The notes below the pieces were generated by a model. It was not told where the DNA came from. It did no database searches and worked only from the letters and a program-made list of their open reading frames with translations. Positions 37,223 to 46,494 of a stretch of 64,000 nucleotides of DNA are shown piece after piece. Each line of letters begins with the position of its first letter. Position 1 is the first letter of the stretch. A program made the translations under genes and the position numbers. Source of the stretch: Candidatus Latescibacterota bacterium (GTDB lineage Bacteria > Krumholzibacteriota > Krumholzibacteriia > Krumholzibacteriales > Krumholzibacteriaceae); NCBI GenBank assembly GCA_019038625.1, contig JAHOYU010000078.1:1687-65686 (forward strand), given 5' to 3'.

Positions 37223-38995
37223 TCAGGATTCGATCTTTACTATGGCATCGACGGGACAGACCTGTGCACATATGGTGCAGCCGGTACAGGTGTACTCGTC
37301 TATTACTGCTTTAGGTCTGCCCTTTTCGTTAGTCTCTTCCGAGATCGATATAGACGGGCAGCCTACATTGAAACAGGCACCACAGGCGATACAGTTGTCG
37401 GCTTCTACCGTGTAGGGTTCGTCCTTGATCTTTTTAGGAAAGAGCATGCAGGGCCTGTTGGTGATTATCACCGAGACGGCTTCCCTGTCCAGTTCTTCTT
37501 TAAGGACCTTGTATGACTCATCAACGTCATATGGATCGACTTCGCGGACATGCTTCACACCGACGGCCCTGCAGATCTCAGCGAGATTGACAGGCTCAAC
37601 GGCGTCTCCCATAAGAGTCTTCGATGTCGAGGGGTTGTCCTGCCCTCCAGTCATCGCGGTGATCCTGTTGTCGACGATGATATTCGTCGTAGTGCCTCCG
37701 TTGTACACTACGCTGGCCAGGGCTGTGATGCCGCTGTGAAGGAAGGTGCTGTCCCCGATCAGGGCGACTGCCTTCTTTTCGGTCTTGCCGGCCCTTTCAA
37801 TGCCGAACGCGTTGCCGATCGAGGCGCCCATGCAGAGGCAGGAATCTATCTGGTTCAGTGGTGGAAGCGCGCCCAGAGTGTAACAACCGATATCTCCGTT
37901 TGTATAGACTCCAGCCTTTTTCAGAGCCACCATGATGCCCCTGTGAGGGCACCCTGAGCAAAGGACCGGAGGACGAGGAAGGACTGATTCTGTCTCAACC
38001 GATTCAGGCATGACAGATGAATCGAGTACTCCCGCCTCGATGAAGCCTTTCCGGACGCGGTCTACATTGAGTTCCATGTGATTGGAGAAGAACTTCTTGC
38101 CCTCGACCTTGATCCCCTCGGCGGCTATGATCTCCTCGTAGAATCCTTCGAGTTCTTCTACTACAAAAAGTCTGTCGACTTTTGAAGCAAATTCGCGGAT
38201 CTTTTTTATCGGTAGAGGGTACCCCATGCCGAGCTTGAGGATACTCGCATCGGGCATCGCCTCGCGGGCGTGCTGGTAAGCGATCGCCCCGGTGATAATA
38301 CCGATCTTTTTGTCGTTCCATTCTATATAGTTGATCTCCGAAGTCTCGGCGTATTCCTTGAGCTTTTCAAGGCGCTCAATCACCAGTTTGTGTCTTTTAG
38401 CGGCATAAGCAGGGACCATTACGTACTTTTCTATATTTCTCTCGAACCCCTTGTTTTCTACGGTCTTGCGTTCGCCTATCTCGACCAGGCCCTTGGCGTG
38501 GCAGATCCTGGTAGTAAGCCTGAGAATTACAGGAGTATCGAACTGCTCGCTTATCTCGAATCCGATCTTGACGAAATCCTTCGCTTCCTGGCTTGTCGAT
38601 GGTTCAAGCACCGGGACAGAAGCCATTTTTCCGTAATACCGGTTGTCCTGTTCATTCTGGGATGAGTGGAGGCTCGGATCGTCTGCGCTGACAATGATCA
38701 GGCCAGCCCCTACTCCAGTATATGAAAGGGTCATGAACGCATCGGCAGCGACATTGAGCCCGACATGTTTCATCGCGGCCAGTGTCCTGGCTCCGCCGTA
38801 GCTGGCGCCTACTGCTACTTCCAGAGCCACTTTCTCGTTTACCGCCCACTCGGCGTAAACGTCGTCCTTGAAAAACTTCGCTATGACCTGAAGTATCTCC
38901 GTGCTCGGAGTGCCCGGATAGGCCGAGGCGAATTCGCCGCCGTATTCGTACATACCGCGGGCAAGCGCCTGGTTGCCGGAAAGCAGCATTGCCAT
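37223..38995 (-). CDS. iorA: Indolepyruvate:ferredoxin oxidoreductase alpha subunit
   Basis: YPGTPSTE, MKHVGLNVA, SSQNEQDNR, CSGCPHR, GDSTFLHSG, AMTGGQ, C-terminal ferredoxin. Confidence 0.95.
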   Translation of the reverse strand: MAMLLSGNQALARGMYEYGGEFASAYPGTPSTEILQVIAKFFKDDVYAEWAVNEKVALEVAVGASYGGARTLAAMKHVGLNVAADAFMTLSYTGVGAGLIIVSADDPSLHSSQNEQDNRYYGKMASVPVLEPSTSQEAKDFVKIGFEISEQFDTPVILRLTTRICHAKGLVEIGERKTVENKGFERNIEKYVMVPAYAAKRHKLVIERLEKLKEYAETSEINYIEWNDKKIGIITGAIAYQHAREAMPDASILKLGMGYPLPIKKIREFASKVDRLFVVEELEGFYEEIIAAEGIKVEGKKFFSNHMELNVDRVRKGFIEAGVLDSSVMPESVETESVLPRPPVLCSGCPHRGIMVALKKAGVYTNGDIGCYTLGALPPLNQIDSCLCMGASIGNAFGIERAGKTEKKAVALIGDSTFLHSGITALASVVYNGGTTTNIIVDNRITAMTGGQDNPSTSKTLMGDAVEPVNLAEICRAVGVKHVREVDPYDVDESYKVLKEELDREAVSVIITNRPCMLFPKKIKDEPYTVEADNCIACGACFNVGCPSISISEETNEKGRPKAVIDEYTCTGCTICAQVCPVDAIVKIES

Positions 38996-39191
38996 ATTCT
39001 TAGTCCTCCTGTTTCATTTATTGATAGCCGACTTACTTTCTTTCATTATCAGCTAAAGATAGCCCCTCCACCATAAAGGAAAAGTAAAAAATACTCAATA
39101 GACCAGTTTATTTCGGTATATAAAAAATGATTAGCCAAGCTCTCCGGAATCCGTTATTATCAAAGGAGTTAATGAGCAGGAGGATAATCAG

Positions 39192-40379
39192 ATGAGTGCA
39201 GGCCCCACCTATGTCACAGATGGTGAAATAAAGCCATTCGACGAGCGCGATACAGTCTTTTCCAGAGAAGCTCTTGTCGAGGGTTCTCCCAACGAGGTCG
39301 CATATCATTCCCTGCACCCCGAGAATATCGAAATCGACAGAAAACTTGCCAGATTCATTACCCTGAAAATGGAGCCGGGCGGCAGTGACGATCTACTTGC
39401 CGATGCCATATATGAGGCTCATTTCAAGAGTTCCGCGGCACTTGCCCTTCCGGACATGGTAGACGGTGAACCGGCGCTTGAGAAGGCAGACTGGTCACCT
39501 GCCGAGGCGGCGGCAAAGGTTAAGGCCTTTGCGCGGGCCATCGGAGCAGATGATGTGAGGATCGGCCCGTTGAAACAGGAATGGGTATACAGCCACAGGG
39601 GATCGAGGCCATTCTTTGAGGGCGGATATACGAACGCCCCGTATTTCAGTGGTATACCGGAAGGATACCAGGGGGCAAAGTATGGTGGCCCGATAGAACT
39701 GAAGCATTCCGGCGCCATATCGATGGCTTTTGATCAGAAAAAGGAACTGGTCGGTACCGGTTCGACGAGGGCTGTGGATTTCGAGGTCGGCAGGGTCTAC
39801 GCGAAGAGCGTGCTTGTTTCGGTTCAGCTTGCCAGATTCATCAGGGCATTGGGCTATCCTGCCAGGGCTCACCACCTTAGAAATTATTTGATCATGCTGG
39901 TCCCTGTTGCCGTCGATTCAGGTATCGGCGAACTCGGGAGGTGTGGATATCTTGTCAGCCGACAGTCCGGCGCGAATTTCCGGCTGGCTGCGGTGACCAC
40001 CGATCTGCCTCTTGAGTTTGACGACCCGGTCGACATAGGGATGCAGGATTTCTGCGATAAATGCAAAAAATGCGCTGTTACCTGTCCTTCGGGCGCGATT
40101 CCTCTCGAAAAGACCCTGGTGAACGGTAGCTGGAGATGGAAGCTCAACCCCGAAGCATGTCTCCAGTACTGGGGCCACACCGGATATACCTGCGGGATAT
40201 GCCAGGCGGTGTGTCCATGGACGAAGCCTAAGAACATATTTCACCGTACTATCGCGAGCGCGGCGGTCAATCTTCCATGGATCAGGCGGGCTCTCGTCAA
40301 GGGAGACGATATTGTCTACGGGGCCGGATTCAGCCCTCTGCCTGTACCACGATGGCTCGAGGATGAACAGAAGTCCTGA
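39192..40379 (+). CDS. Reductive dehalogenase-like (RdhA/QueG superfamily) cobalamin/2[4Fe-4S] protein without Tat signal
   Basis: PFDERDTVFSR, GIGELGR, VTTDLPL, FCDKCKKCAVTCP, CLQYW..CGICQAVCPW. Confidence 0.8.
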   Translation: MSAGPTYVTDGEIKPFDERDTVFSREALVEGSPNEVAYHSLHPENIEIDRKLARFITLKMEPGGSDDLLADAIYEAHFKSSAALALPDMVDGEPALEKADWSPAEAAAKVKAFARAIGADDVRIGPLKQEWVYSHRGSRPFFEGGYTNAPYFSGIPEGYQGAKYGGPIELKHSGAISMAFDQKKELVGTGSTRAVDFEVGRVYAKSVLVSVQLARFIRALGYPARAHHLRNYLIMLVPVAVDSGIGELGRCGYLVSRQSGANFRLAAVTTDLPLEFDDPVDIGMQDFCDKCKKCAVTCPSGAIPLEKTLVNGSWRWKLNPEACLQYWGHTGYTCGICQAVCPWTKPKNIFHRTIASAAVNLPWIRRALVKGDDIVYGAGFSPLPVPRWLEDEQKS

Positions 40380-40404
40380 GTTTTCCCCGACTGTGCCTGA
40401 TCTG

Positions 40405-41508
40405 TCAGACAGCGCGTCTGCGGAAGTGGATTGCGCGAATGGCCAGAATGATCGAGACGAAAAGAAGTGACCCAGCCGAAAGTATGATGGTGAATTTTCT
40501 CTCCGGTAACGGGAATCTCGCCATGGAATGGTGAAGGGACGAAAAAAGCCCTGCCGCAAGGATAAGCCCCCGGATCATCTTACCACCCATGTCAGGCCTG
40601 TCCAGTATCCCCGCGATCAGGGCGAAGAAGGAGATCGCAGCTGGAGCCATCAGCCTTTCGTTGTTTGAACCGAAGAACGCGCTTACCAGGACCAGGATGA
40701 AAAACAGGGAGATGTCGGTATTTTCCCTGACAAAACGCCCCGTTTCCCTGAAAAATATAAGGGGAAGAAATGTCAGGGGGATAAACGGGTTCAGAAGGAG
40801 CCCGAACCATGTCATGGGGTATTTCAATTTACCACCGTAGTGGACGGCAGCTTCGAATAGAGACATTCCTCCGACAGGCGGGATCACGAGGCGGATGACT
40901 ACGAAGACTATCAAAGCCGGCAGAACGACGAGGATCGGGTTTTTCCAGTTCCCCGGGAGTCGTCCCTTAATAAAGTCATACAGGAACAGAACCGGTATCA
41001 TGAGAAGGGCCAGTTCTCCTGAGGCGGCTCCCACGGCAAGAGCCACGCTGAATACTATTCTTCTGTCATTACGCAGCGCAAGAAACATTACGGCCACAAG
41101 GGCCATGGATAATGTGTCTTTTACCTGAAATATGTTCCAGTTGCCTGAACCGAACAGATGCTTGTTGAGTACGAGCATGACGAGAGCGAGGAAGGCCGAT
41201 GAGCGGGAGATCCCCATCGAGATAAACAAAAAATAGAGGCAGATGACCATAGCGAGAGAGGAAAATATGGTGAGCAGTTGGAAACCTGCTATCCTGCCGT
41301 CTCCCGCGAGACCTGAAAGGTACGGGCCAAGGAGTCTGTATGAGAAAGGCCGGGGCACTTCCATATCGACCGAGGGAGACGCGTCAGCTATCAGCCGATA
41401 ATATTTGAGGTCCATATCGACGAATGGACTGGAAGCGTAGTCGATCCGGCCGTAGAAGAAAATGGCGGCGAGAGTGACAAGGATCAATAAAGGTATTCTT
41501 TTATCCAT
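40405..41508 (-). CDS. Polytopic membrane protein, possibly GT-C/PMT-like
   Basis: Many hydrophobic helices; D..YY and PFSYRLLGP in the first loop; function unresolved. Confidence 0.55.
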   Translation of the reverse strand: MDKRIPLLILVTLAAIFFYGRIDYASSPFVDMDLKYYRLIADASPSVDMEVPRPFSYRLLGPYLSGLAGDGRIAGFQLLTIFSSLAMVICLYFLFISMGISRSSAFLALVMLVLNKHLFGSGNWNIFQVKDTLSMALVAVMFLALRNDRRIVFSVALAVGAASGELALLMIPVLFLYDFIKGRLPGNWKNPILVVLPALIVFVVIRLVIPPVGGMSLFEAAVHYGGKLKYPMTWFGLLLNPFIPLTFLPLIFFRETGRFVRENTDISLFFILVLVSAFFGSNNERLMAPAAISFFALIAGILDRPDMGGKMIRGLILAAGLFSSLHHSMARFPLPERKFTIILSAGSLLFVSIILAIRAIHFRRRAV

Positions 41509-41522
41509 AGTTCCGGGTCTCG

Positions 41523-42047
41523 TCAGCGGTACCATACAGTCCACAGGTCGCTGGATCCTCTTATTGCCGTGATGAAGAATGGGCCATAATCCGTGCCGCG
41601 TTCAGGATATGGTGTAAATCCTGCCATCGGAGTCGAGAGAAGAAGTTCTTTTAATCTTTTGGAAAAGACCGGGGATTCAAGGTCAGCCCTTATCGTGACC
41701 CTGAATGCCGGCCAGCATGGGCCGCTGGCAATTTGAATCAGTTCGGACCTGCCCGTGACGTCGATACCGACAGAATCGATCAGCGCTGTAAGCTCGATCG
41801 CGACATCCCGAAAGAGTTTTTTTCCGCGGTCCTCGATCGATCTCAGTTCGATCCGGCCTGTTCCGGTCGATCCGTGGACAATCGGAATAGCGATCCCGAT
41901 ACAGATCGTATCGATAGAGCATCCTCCTACCATTTTTTCTGTTCCAGCTTCTTTCTTCTTCTGTGAAGAAGCTCCGCTGCAGCAGGTAAGGGCGAGGATC
42001 ATAACGAATGAAAACAGGCAGGCCGGCATAGTCATTCTTCTCATCAT
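41523..42047 (-). CDS. Hypothetical exported protein (possible lipoprotein)
   Basis: Hydrophobic N-terminus ending LALTCC; fills the space in a minus-strand run. Confidence 0.5.
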   Translation of the reverse strand: MMRRMTMPACLFSFVMILALTCCSGASSQKKKEAGTEKMVGGCSIDTICIGIAIPIVHGSTGTGRIELRSIEDRGKKLFRDVAIELTALIDSVGIDVTGRSELIQIASGPCWPAFRVTIRADLESPVFSKRLKELLLSTPMAGFTPYPERGTDYGPFFITAIRGSSDLWTVWYR

Positions 42048-42079
42048 GGTCTCTCTCCCTGAAAGGATCTCCCGCGTGC

Positions 42080-42751
42080 TCAGTAAGGCCTTGGGGGTTT
42101 CAACCAGATATTTACGCCGATCCTAAGATCGAAAGATGAAAACCTGTCGTTGAGCGGCTTCTCCGCACTGTCCCGGATCGCGTCATGATGGCTGGTTTCC
42201 AGAAAGGGCGAACTGAAACGTTTTTCAGAAAAGGATATCAAATATATGCCCTCGACAAGAAGGCTGATATTATCCTTGACCCGGTGCTCAAGTTGAAGGA
42301 CCGCCAGGCCCTCGAACCCGTCAAGTTTGCCGGTGCCGTTGATGAGGTTGGCCGAACCATAGCCGAGGCCGATGCCGACCCAGGGAACGAACGACTTGCT
42401 GTCCGGGCGGAGACATCTCTTGAAAACGAAAGCATAACTGTATTTCGTGAGGTCCGCGTCGAAGTTCTCAAAATCGTTCTGATAATGTATCGCCGGATAT
42501 CGCGATACAGCGACCCAGGCCTCGCCTGCCCAGCTTCCGTTCTGAAAAGTCTTTCCCAGGGATACCGCAAGGCCGTAGCCGACGGAGAGGTCTTCGTTGC
42601 CCTGAAGCGAAAGCTCGCTGGAAAGCGAGGGAAGGATAGGGTGGCTGCCGCCTCCCGAAGCCTTGAGGTAAAAACGATTTTCCCCCGCGGCCGAAATGGA
42701 CGGGATCACCGCTATCAGAGTCGTGATGATAAACAGACTAAGCGCTTTCAC
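42080..42751 (-). CDS. Outer-membrane beta-barrel (OmpA/OmpW-like) protein
   Basis: Signal peptide, alternating beta-strands, PWVGIGLGYG, DLRIGVNIW. Confidence 0.65.
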   Translation of the reverse strand: MKALSLFIITTLIAVIPSISAAGENRFYLKASGGGSHPILPSLSSELSLQGNEDLSVGYGLAVSLGKTFQNGSWAGEAWVAVSRYPAIHYQNDFENFDADLTKYSYAFVFKRCLRPDSKSFVPWVGIGLGYGSANLINGTGKLDGFEGLAVLQLEHRVKDNISLLVEGIYLISFSEKRFSSPFLETSHHDAIRDSAEKPLNDRFSSFDLRIGVNIWLKPPRPY

Positions 42752-42783
42752 ATGTGCCTCCTGCGGGCTCAGGCCGGATGAAC

Positions 42784-43245
42784 TTACAGCAGAGGGCCAC
42801 TGCCGGGGATGATATCGTCCGCCGCACCCGGTTCATCGTTCGGTAATGTCGGATTTTCCTGAAGTGCTGGGCGTTCTTTTCCTGATATATTCATTTCGAT
42901 CCATTCCTTCAGGGGATCGAGAGGGATCAGGCCCGTGTGGCTCTCGACCGGTTTTCCATCACGGAAGAAGAAGATCGCCGGGACGCCCTTTATACCGAGT
43001 CTCGAAGCGGTTGCCGGGTTCTTTGTGACGTCGAGCTTGAAGAACCTTGCCTGATCAGCGTAGTCGGGGCCGACTTCGTTGAGTAGACCTCCCATTACCT
43101 GGCAGGATGAACACCAAAGACTGAAGCAATAGACAAAACAGGGCAGTCCACTTTCCGCTATTTCCTCGTCGAACCGTTCATCGGTCAACGGGGCGGGTTC
43201 TCCCGGTTTGGTCTCAAGTCCGAGAAGTCTTTTAATAAATCCCAT
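42784..43245 (-). CDS. Thioredoxin-family protein
   Basis: WCSSC, KLDV, GIKGVP, FRDGK. Confidence 0.85.
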   Translation of the reverse strand: MGFIKRLLGLETKPGEPAPLTDERFDEEIAESGLPCFVYCFSLWCSSCQVMGGLLNEVGPDYADQARFFKLDVTKNPATASRLGIKGVPAIFFFRDGKPVESHTGLIPLDPLKEWIEMNISGKERPALQENPTLPNDEPGAADDIIPGSGPLL

Positions 43246-43408
43246 CGGATCCCCTTTCTGTACCGGTCCAATATAACATTTCGGAGGTGTATTCTCCATA
43301 AAAAGAGATGTTCAAAGAATCTCGTAAAAAAATGGAGCAAATCGACCGACGCAGCTTTATAATATATAGAAGCAGAAAATCATTGGGGACTAAAAAGGCG
43401 GTAGACCG

Positions 43409-44320
43409 ATGAAGAAACGAATTTTATTGAAGATCGCTGCCATGGTGATACTCGTGGTCACGTGGAGTGGGCTCTGTCCGGCAGAAGAACAGGCGGCCGA
43501 GGGCCTTCTGCCCGCATCCGGGCAGCTCGAAGGATGGGCCAGGGACGGGGATGTCATATCGTACCTGCCCGACAACTTGTGGGAGTATATAAACGGCTCT
43601 GCCGAAAGCTTTCTCATGTACGATTTCAGGCAGGTCGTGGCCATGCATTATCTCGATCCATCGGAACGGGAGATCAAGGTAGAGATCTATGATCATGGCA
43701 GTCCCCTGATGACATTCGGTATCTATTCGATGCTGAGAAGTCCTGACGCGGAATATCTGGAGATCGGTTGTGAGGCGTTCGGAGACGAGTATACGCTCCA
43801 TTTCTGGAAAGACAGGTTTTATGTAAAGGTCTATTCATACAGTGAAGGACCGGGGATGAAAGAGGCGATGAAGACTTTCGCCGCTGAGATCGCAAAAACG
43901 ATAAAAGGGTTTGGAGGGGAACCTTCCGAGGTGGCGCTGTTCCCGAAGGAAGATCTTGTAAAGAAAAGCATCACTTATATGACAACAGGTGTCATGAGCA
44001 GTTCAAAGCTGCCCCCCGCATTCGTTGCCCGGTATGAAAGAGATTCCGTGAAGGGGAAGGTGTATCTGTTCACATCTCCAGATGCGGATGAGGCTGCGGG
44101 GCTTATATCTTCGTACGCGGAGATGATAGGAACCGGAGTTGAAAAGGCTGAACTTTCCGGAGTCAGTTGCCTGATGGTGGATGGTGAGGCTCCCTATAGA
44201 GGCCGGGTAGTCGCCGTACAGGTCGGCAGGTGGATGGCTGTGGTAACAGGTTTCGAAGAGGATCCGGCTCTTGCCGACAGTCTGGCAGGCAGGCTTGTCA
44301 CCGGGATCAACGGAAAATAA
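43409..44320 (+). CDS. Exported DUF6599-like protein
   Basis: Signal peptide; LWEYINGSAE, VEIYD..FGIYS, FWKDRFYVKV. Confidence 0.65.
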   Translation: MKKRILLKIAAMVILVVTWSGLCPAEEQAAEGLLPASGQLEGWARDGDVISYLPDNLWEYINGSAESFLMYDFRQVVAMHYLDPSEREIKVEIYDHGSPLMTFGIYSMLRSPDAEYLEIGCEAFGDEYTLHFWKDRFYVKVYSYSEGPGMKEAMKTFAAEIAKTIKGFGGEPSEVALFPKEDLVKKSITYMTTGVMSSSKLPPAFVARYERDSVKGKVYLFTSPDADEAAGLISSYAEMIGTGVEKAELSGVSCLMVDGEAPYRGRVVAVQVGRWMAVVTGFEEDPALADSLAGRLVTGINGK

Positions 44321-44349
44321 AAAGATCCGGTGTCTGGAACAGAATAATG

Positions 44350-44377
44350 AAAAGGCCCCTCAACGAGGGGCCTTTTT
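44350..44377. terminator. Bidirectional terminator
   Basis: AAAAGGCCCCTC-AAC-GAGGGGCCTTTT between convergent genes. Confidence 0.85.
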
Positions 44378-44419
44378 CTATAATATTTACCTGCCCGGAC
44401 CAGTGTCCGTGAGGGTCTT

Positions 44420-44998
44420 TTAATTGGGCATAAGCTGTTTGATCGCGCCCCAGCTGAACGATTCGGCTCCGGTCGTCGAGCATTCAGCGTCGACTCCCTG
44501 TACAGAATTCACATAGATGCTCGTGTATGCCTTGCAGGGTTCAATCGGCTGGCCCTCCAGGCAGTTAGAGAACTGGTATGCTGGCGTAGAAAGTCCCGGA
44601 TGTTCGATAATCCGTAATGTGTTCTTCGCGACCGTAGTGACCCAGAGGACCTGGGAGAGCGGAGCGTGCCATTCTGTCTGGCAGGTCAGGAAGCAGACGC
44701 TCATTCCGGTGTCGAGACCACCCATTGAGACCGAGATGTAATCTTCCAGTATCACCGCGGTCTTGATGATACCGGGGTCGTCTGAGTAGTCTATCGCGAA
44801 TTCGGCGCACATCTGCCCGTTCTCCCCCGGAAGGCACCAGATATACATGGTAAATGAATAGGTGGGAGTGCCCGGGGGACACCAGACCGAGTGTTCGGAG
44901 TCCACGAAGAGGCCGATATAGCCGAGCGGAGGTAACTGCGCAAGCGCCGCTGTGGAGATCAACATCAGGGCCAGGGTCATCAATAAGCATTTCTTCAT
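44420..44998 (-). CDS. Secreted Cys-rich protein with C-terminal SWGAIK motif
   Basis: Signal peptide, RBS GGAGG, GYIGLF, C-terminal ESFSWGAIKQL. Confidence 0.8.
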   Translation of the reverse strand: MKKCLLMTLALMLISTAALAQLPPLGYIGLFVDSEHSVWCPPGTPTYSFTMYIWCLPGENGQMCAEFAIDYSDDPGIIKTAVILEDYISVSMGGLDTGMSVCFLTCQTEWHAPLSQVLWVTTVAKNTLRIIEHPGLSTPAYQFSNCLEGQPIEPCKAYTSIYVNSVQGVDAECSTTGAESFSWGAIKQLMPN

Positions 44999-45205
44999 TC
45001 TGGTTCCTCCCTTTCAATCGACAGGCTACTGTCAATTTTCCATTCACTGGCCGGGTGATTATCACTCATGGCCACCAGGGTGTTTCTGCGGCTGCATGTT
45101 TGCAGTAATCCAGTCCCCGATTGAAAAAACACCCGTTCCTCCAACTATCCTCTTCCATGCAAAGCAGGCTGTCAACCCATTTTTGACTATTTTACTTCAA
45201 ACAGA

Positions 45206-45221
45206 TACAAGTACCGTGCCC
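45206..45221 (-). promoter_or_regulatory. Possible sigma54 -24/-12 promoter
   Basis: Minus strand reads GGGCACG-GTAC-TTGTA versus consensus TGGCACG-N4-TTGCW. Confidence 0.35.
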
Positions 45222-45223
45222 TG

Positions 45224-46231
45224 TCATCCAAATATTTTCCCGGCTTTTTCAAGTAATTCAGGGATGGGGAGGTGATAGGGGCACTTCGCCAGGCATTCGC
45301 CGCACTCGGTGCAGGCATCATAAGATGTGTCGAGAGTGGCAAGCCGACTTCTGGCCCAGTCCTCCAGCCCGTAGCGCGTAAAGTAGACTTCGAGGAGAAG
45401 AAGGAATGGAATATTCAGCCCTGATGGACAGGGCAGGCAGTATCCGCAGCGCCGACAGAACAGTTCGCCCCAGAAAGATTTTTCTTCGGCGAGAATAGAG
45501 AGTTCTTTTTCAGTGAGTTTGTCCAGATTCTCACCAGCGGAGACGTTTTCATCGACCTGTTTGACAGAATCCATGCCTGGTATCGATACGGTCATCCCCC
45601 TGGTCAGTGTGAAACGTATCGAAAGGGACACATTATGAATGGCTCCCCCTGCCACGGGTTTCATGCCTATCGTTCCCATTCCGGCTTTGGCAGCCGCCGG
45701 GATCAAAGCATCTTCCCACTCGGTCTCTATAGGGTTGTACGGGAACTGGACAGTGTCGAAAAGGCCTGTTGCTACGGCTTTCAGAAGAATATCCTTCGAG
45801 TGTCCAGTGATCCCGATAAATCTGACCTTGCCTTCTTCCCTGGCCTTGACCAGCGCGGGATACGCTCCTCCCGGGCCGATGACTTTTTCCAGTTGCTGTT
45901 CCGAGCCGACGGCATGCAACTGGTAGAGATCGATCATCTCCGTGTCGAGTTTTTTCAGGCTTGTCTCGAGTTCGCCCATCATCGATCTGCCATCGCGGGA
46001 CATCGCTTTTGATGCCAGGTAGATCTTGTCGCGATGCTGCCCCAGGGCCCGGCCGATCTTTTCCTCGCTGTCGGTATATCCCCTGGCCGAATCAAAGAGA
46101 TTGATCCCGCCATCGAAAGCCCGCAGCAGGACTTTTTCTGCTTCTTCGAAAGAGAGGCCCTGTATCGGGATCCCACCGAACCCGACTACTGATACATTCA
46201 TATCTGTCTTACCGAGAATTCGTTTTTTCAT
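45224..46231 (-). CDS. Aldo/keto reductase with C-terminal Fe-S motifs
   Basis: GFGGIPIQ, FDSARGY, IDLYQLH, CRRCGYCLPCP, CTECGECLAKCP. Confidence 0.9.
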   Translation of the reverse strand: MKKRILGKTDMNVSVVGFGGIPIQGLSFEEAEKVLLRAFDGGINLFDSARGYTDSEEKIGRALGQHRDKIYLASKAMSRDGRSMMGELETSLKKLDTEMIDLYQLHAVGSEQQLEKVIGPGGAYPALVKAREEGKVRFIGITGHSKDILLKAVATGLFDTVQFPYNPIETEWEDALIPAAAKAGMGTIGMKPVAGGAIHNVSLSIRFTLTRGMTVSIPGMDSVKQVDENVSAGENLDKLTEKELSILAEEKSFWGELFCRRCGYCLPCPSGLNIPFLLLLEVYFTRYGLEDWARSRLATLDTSYDACTECGECLAKCPYHLPIPELLEKAGKIFG

Positions 46232-46494
46232 GGGGGGAGAATAACTCAATCGACGAATATTTGCCAGCACAACAAACGGAGCTTTCCTTCTGCCAGGTGT
46301 AAAAAGGATTATTTATTTAAATGACTCCACAACAACGCCGATAAGAATAAAGAATAACCTTTGATTAAATCAGGGGCGCGACATAGAATCGACCCAGAGA
46401 AACGGGTCTGAAAACACGGAAAGCAACAGTGAACAGAGTTGTACAATGACAGCGAAAGAGGCATCGTGGCCATGATCCTGTCGATGGAGGAATA

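Noticed and set aside
39149..39172. CCGTT..AAAGGAGTTAA motif shared with 48027-48048
   Set aside because: Short AT-rich, IHF-like similarity in only two places; not distinguishable from chance
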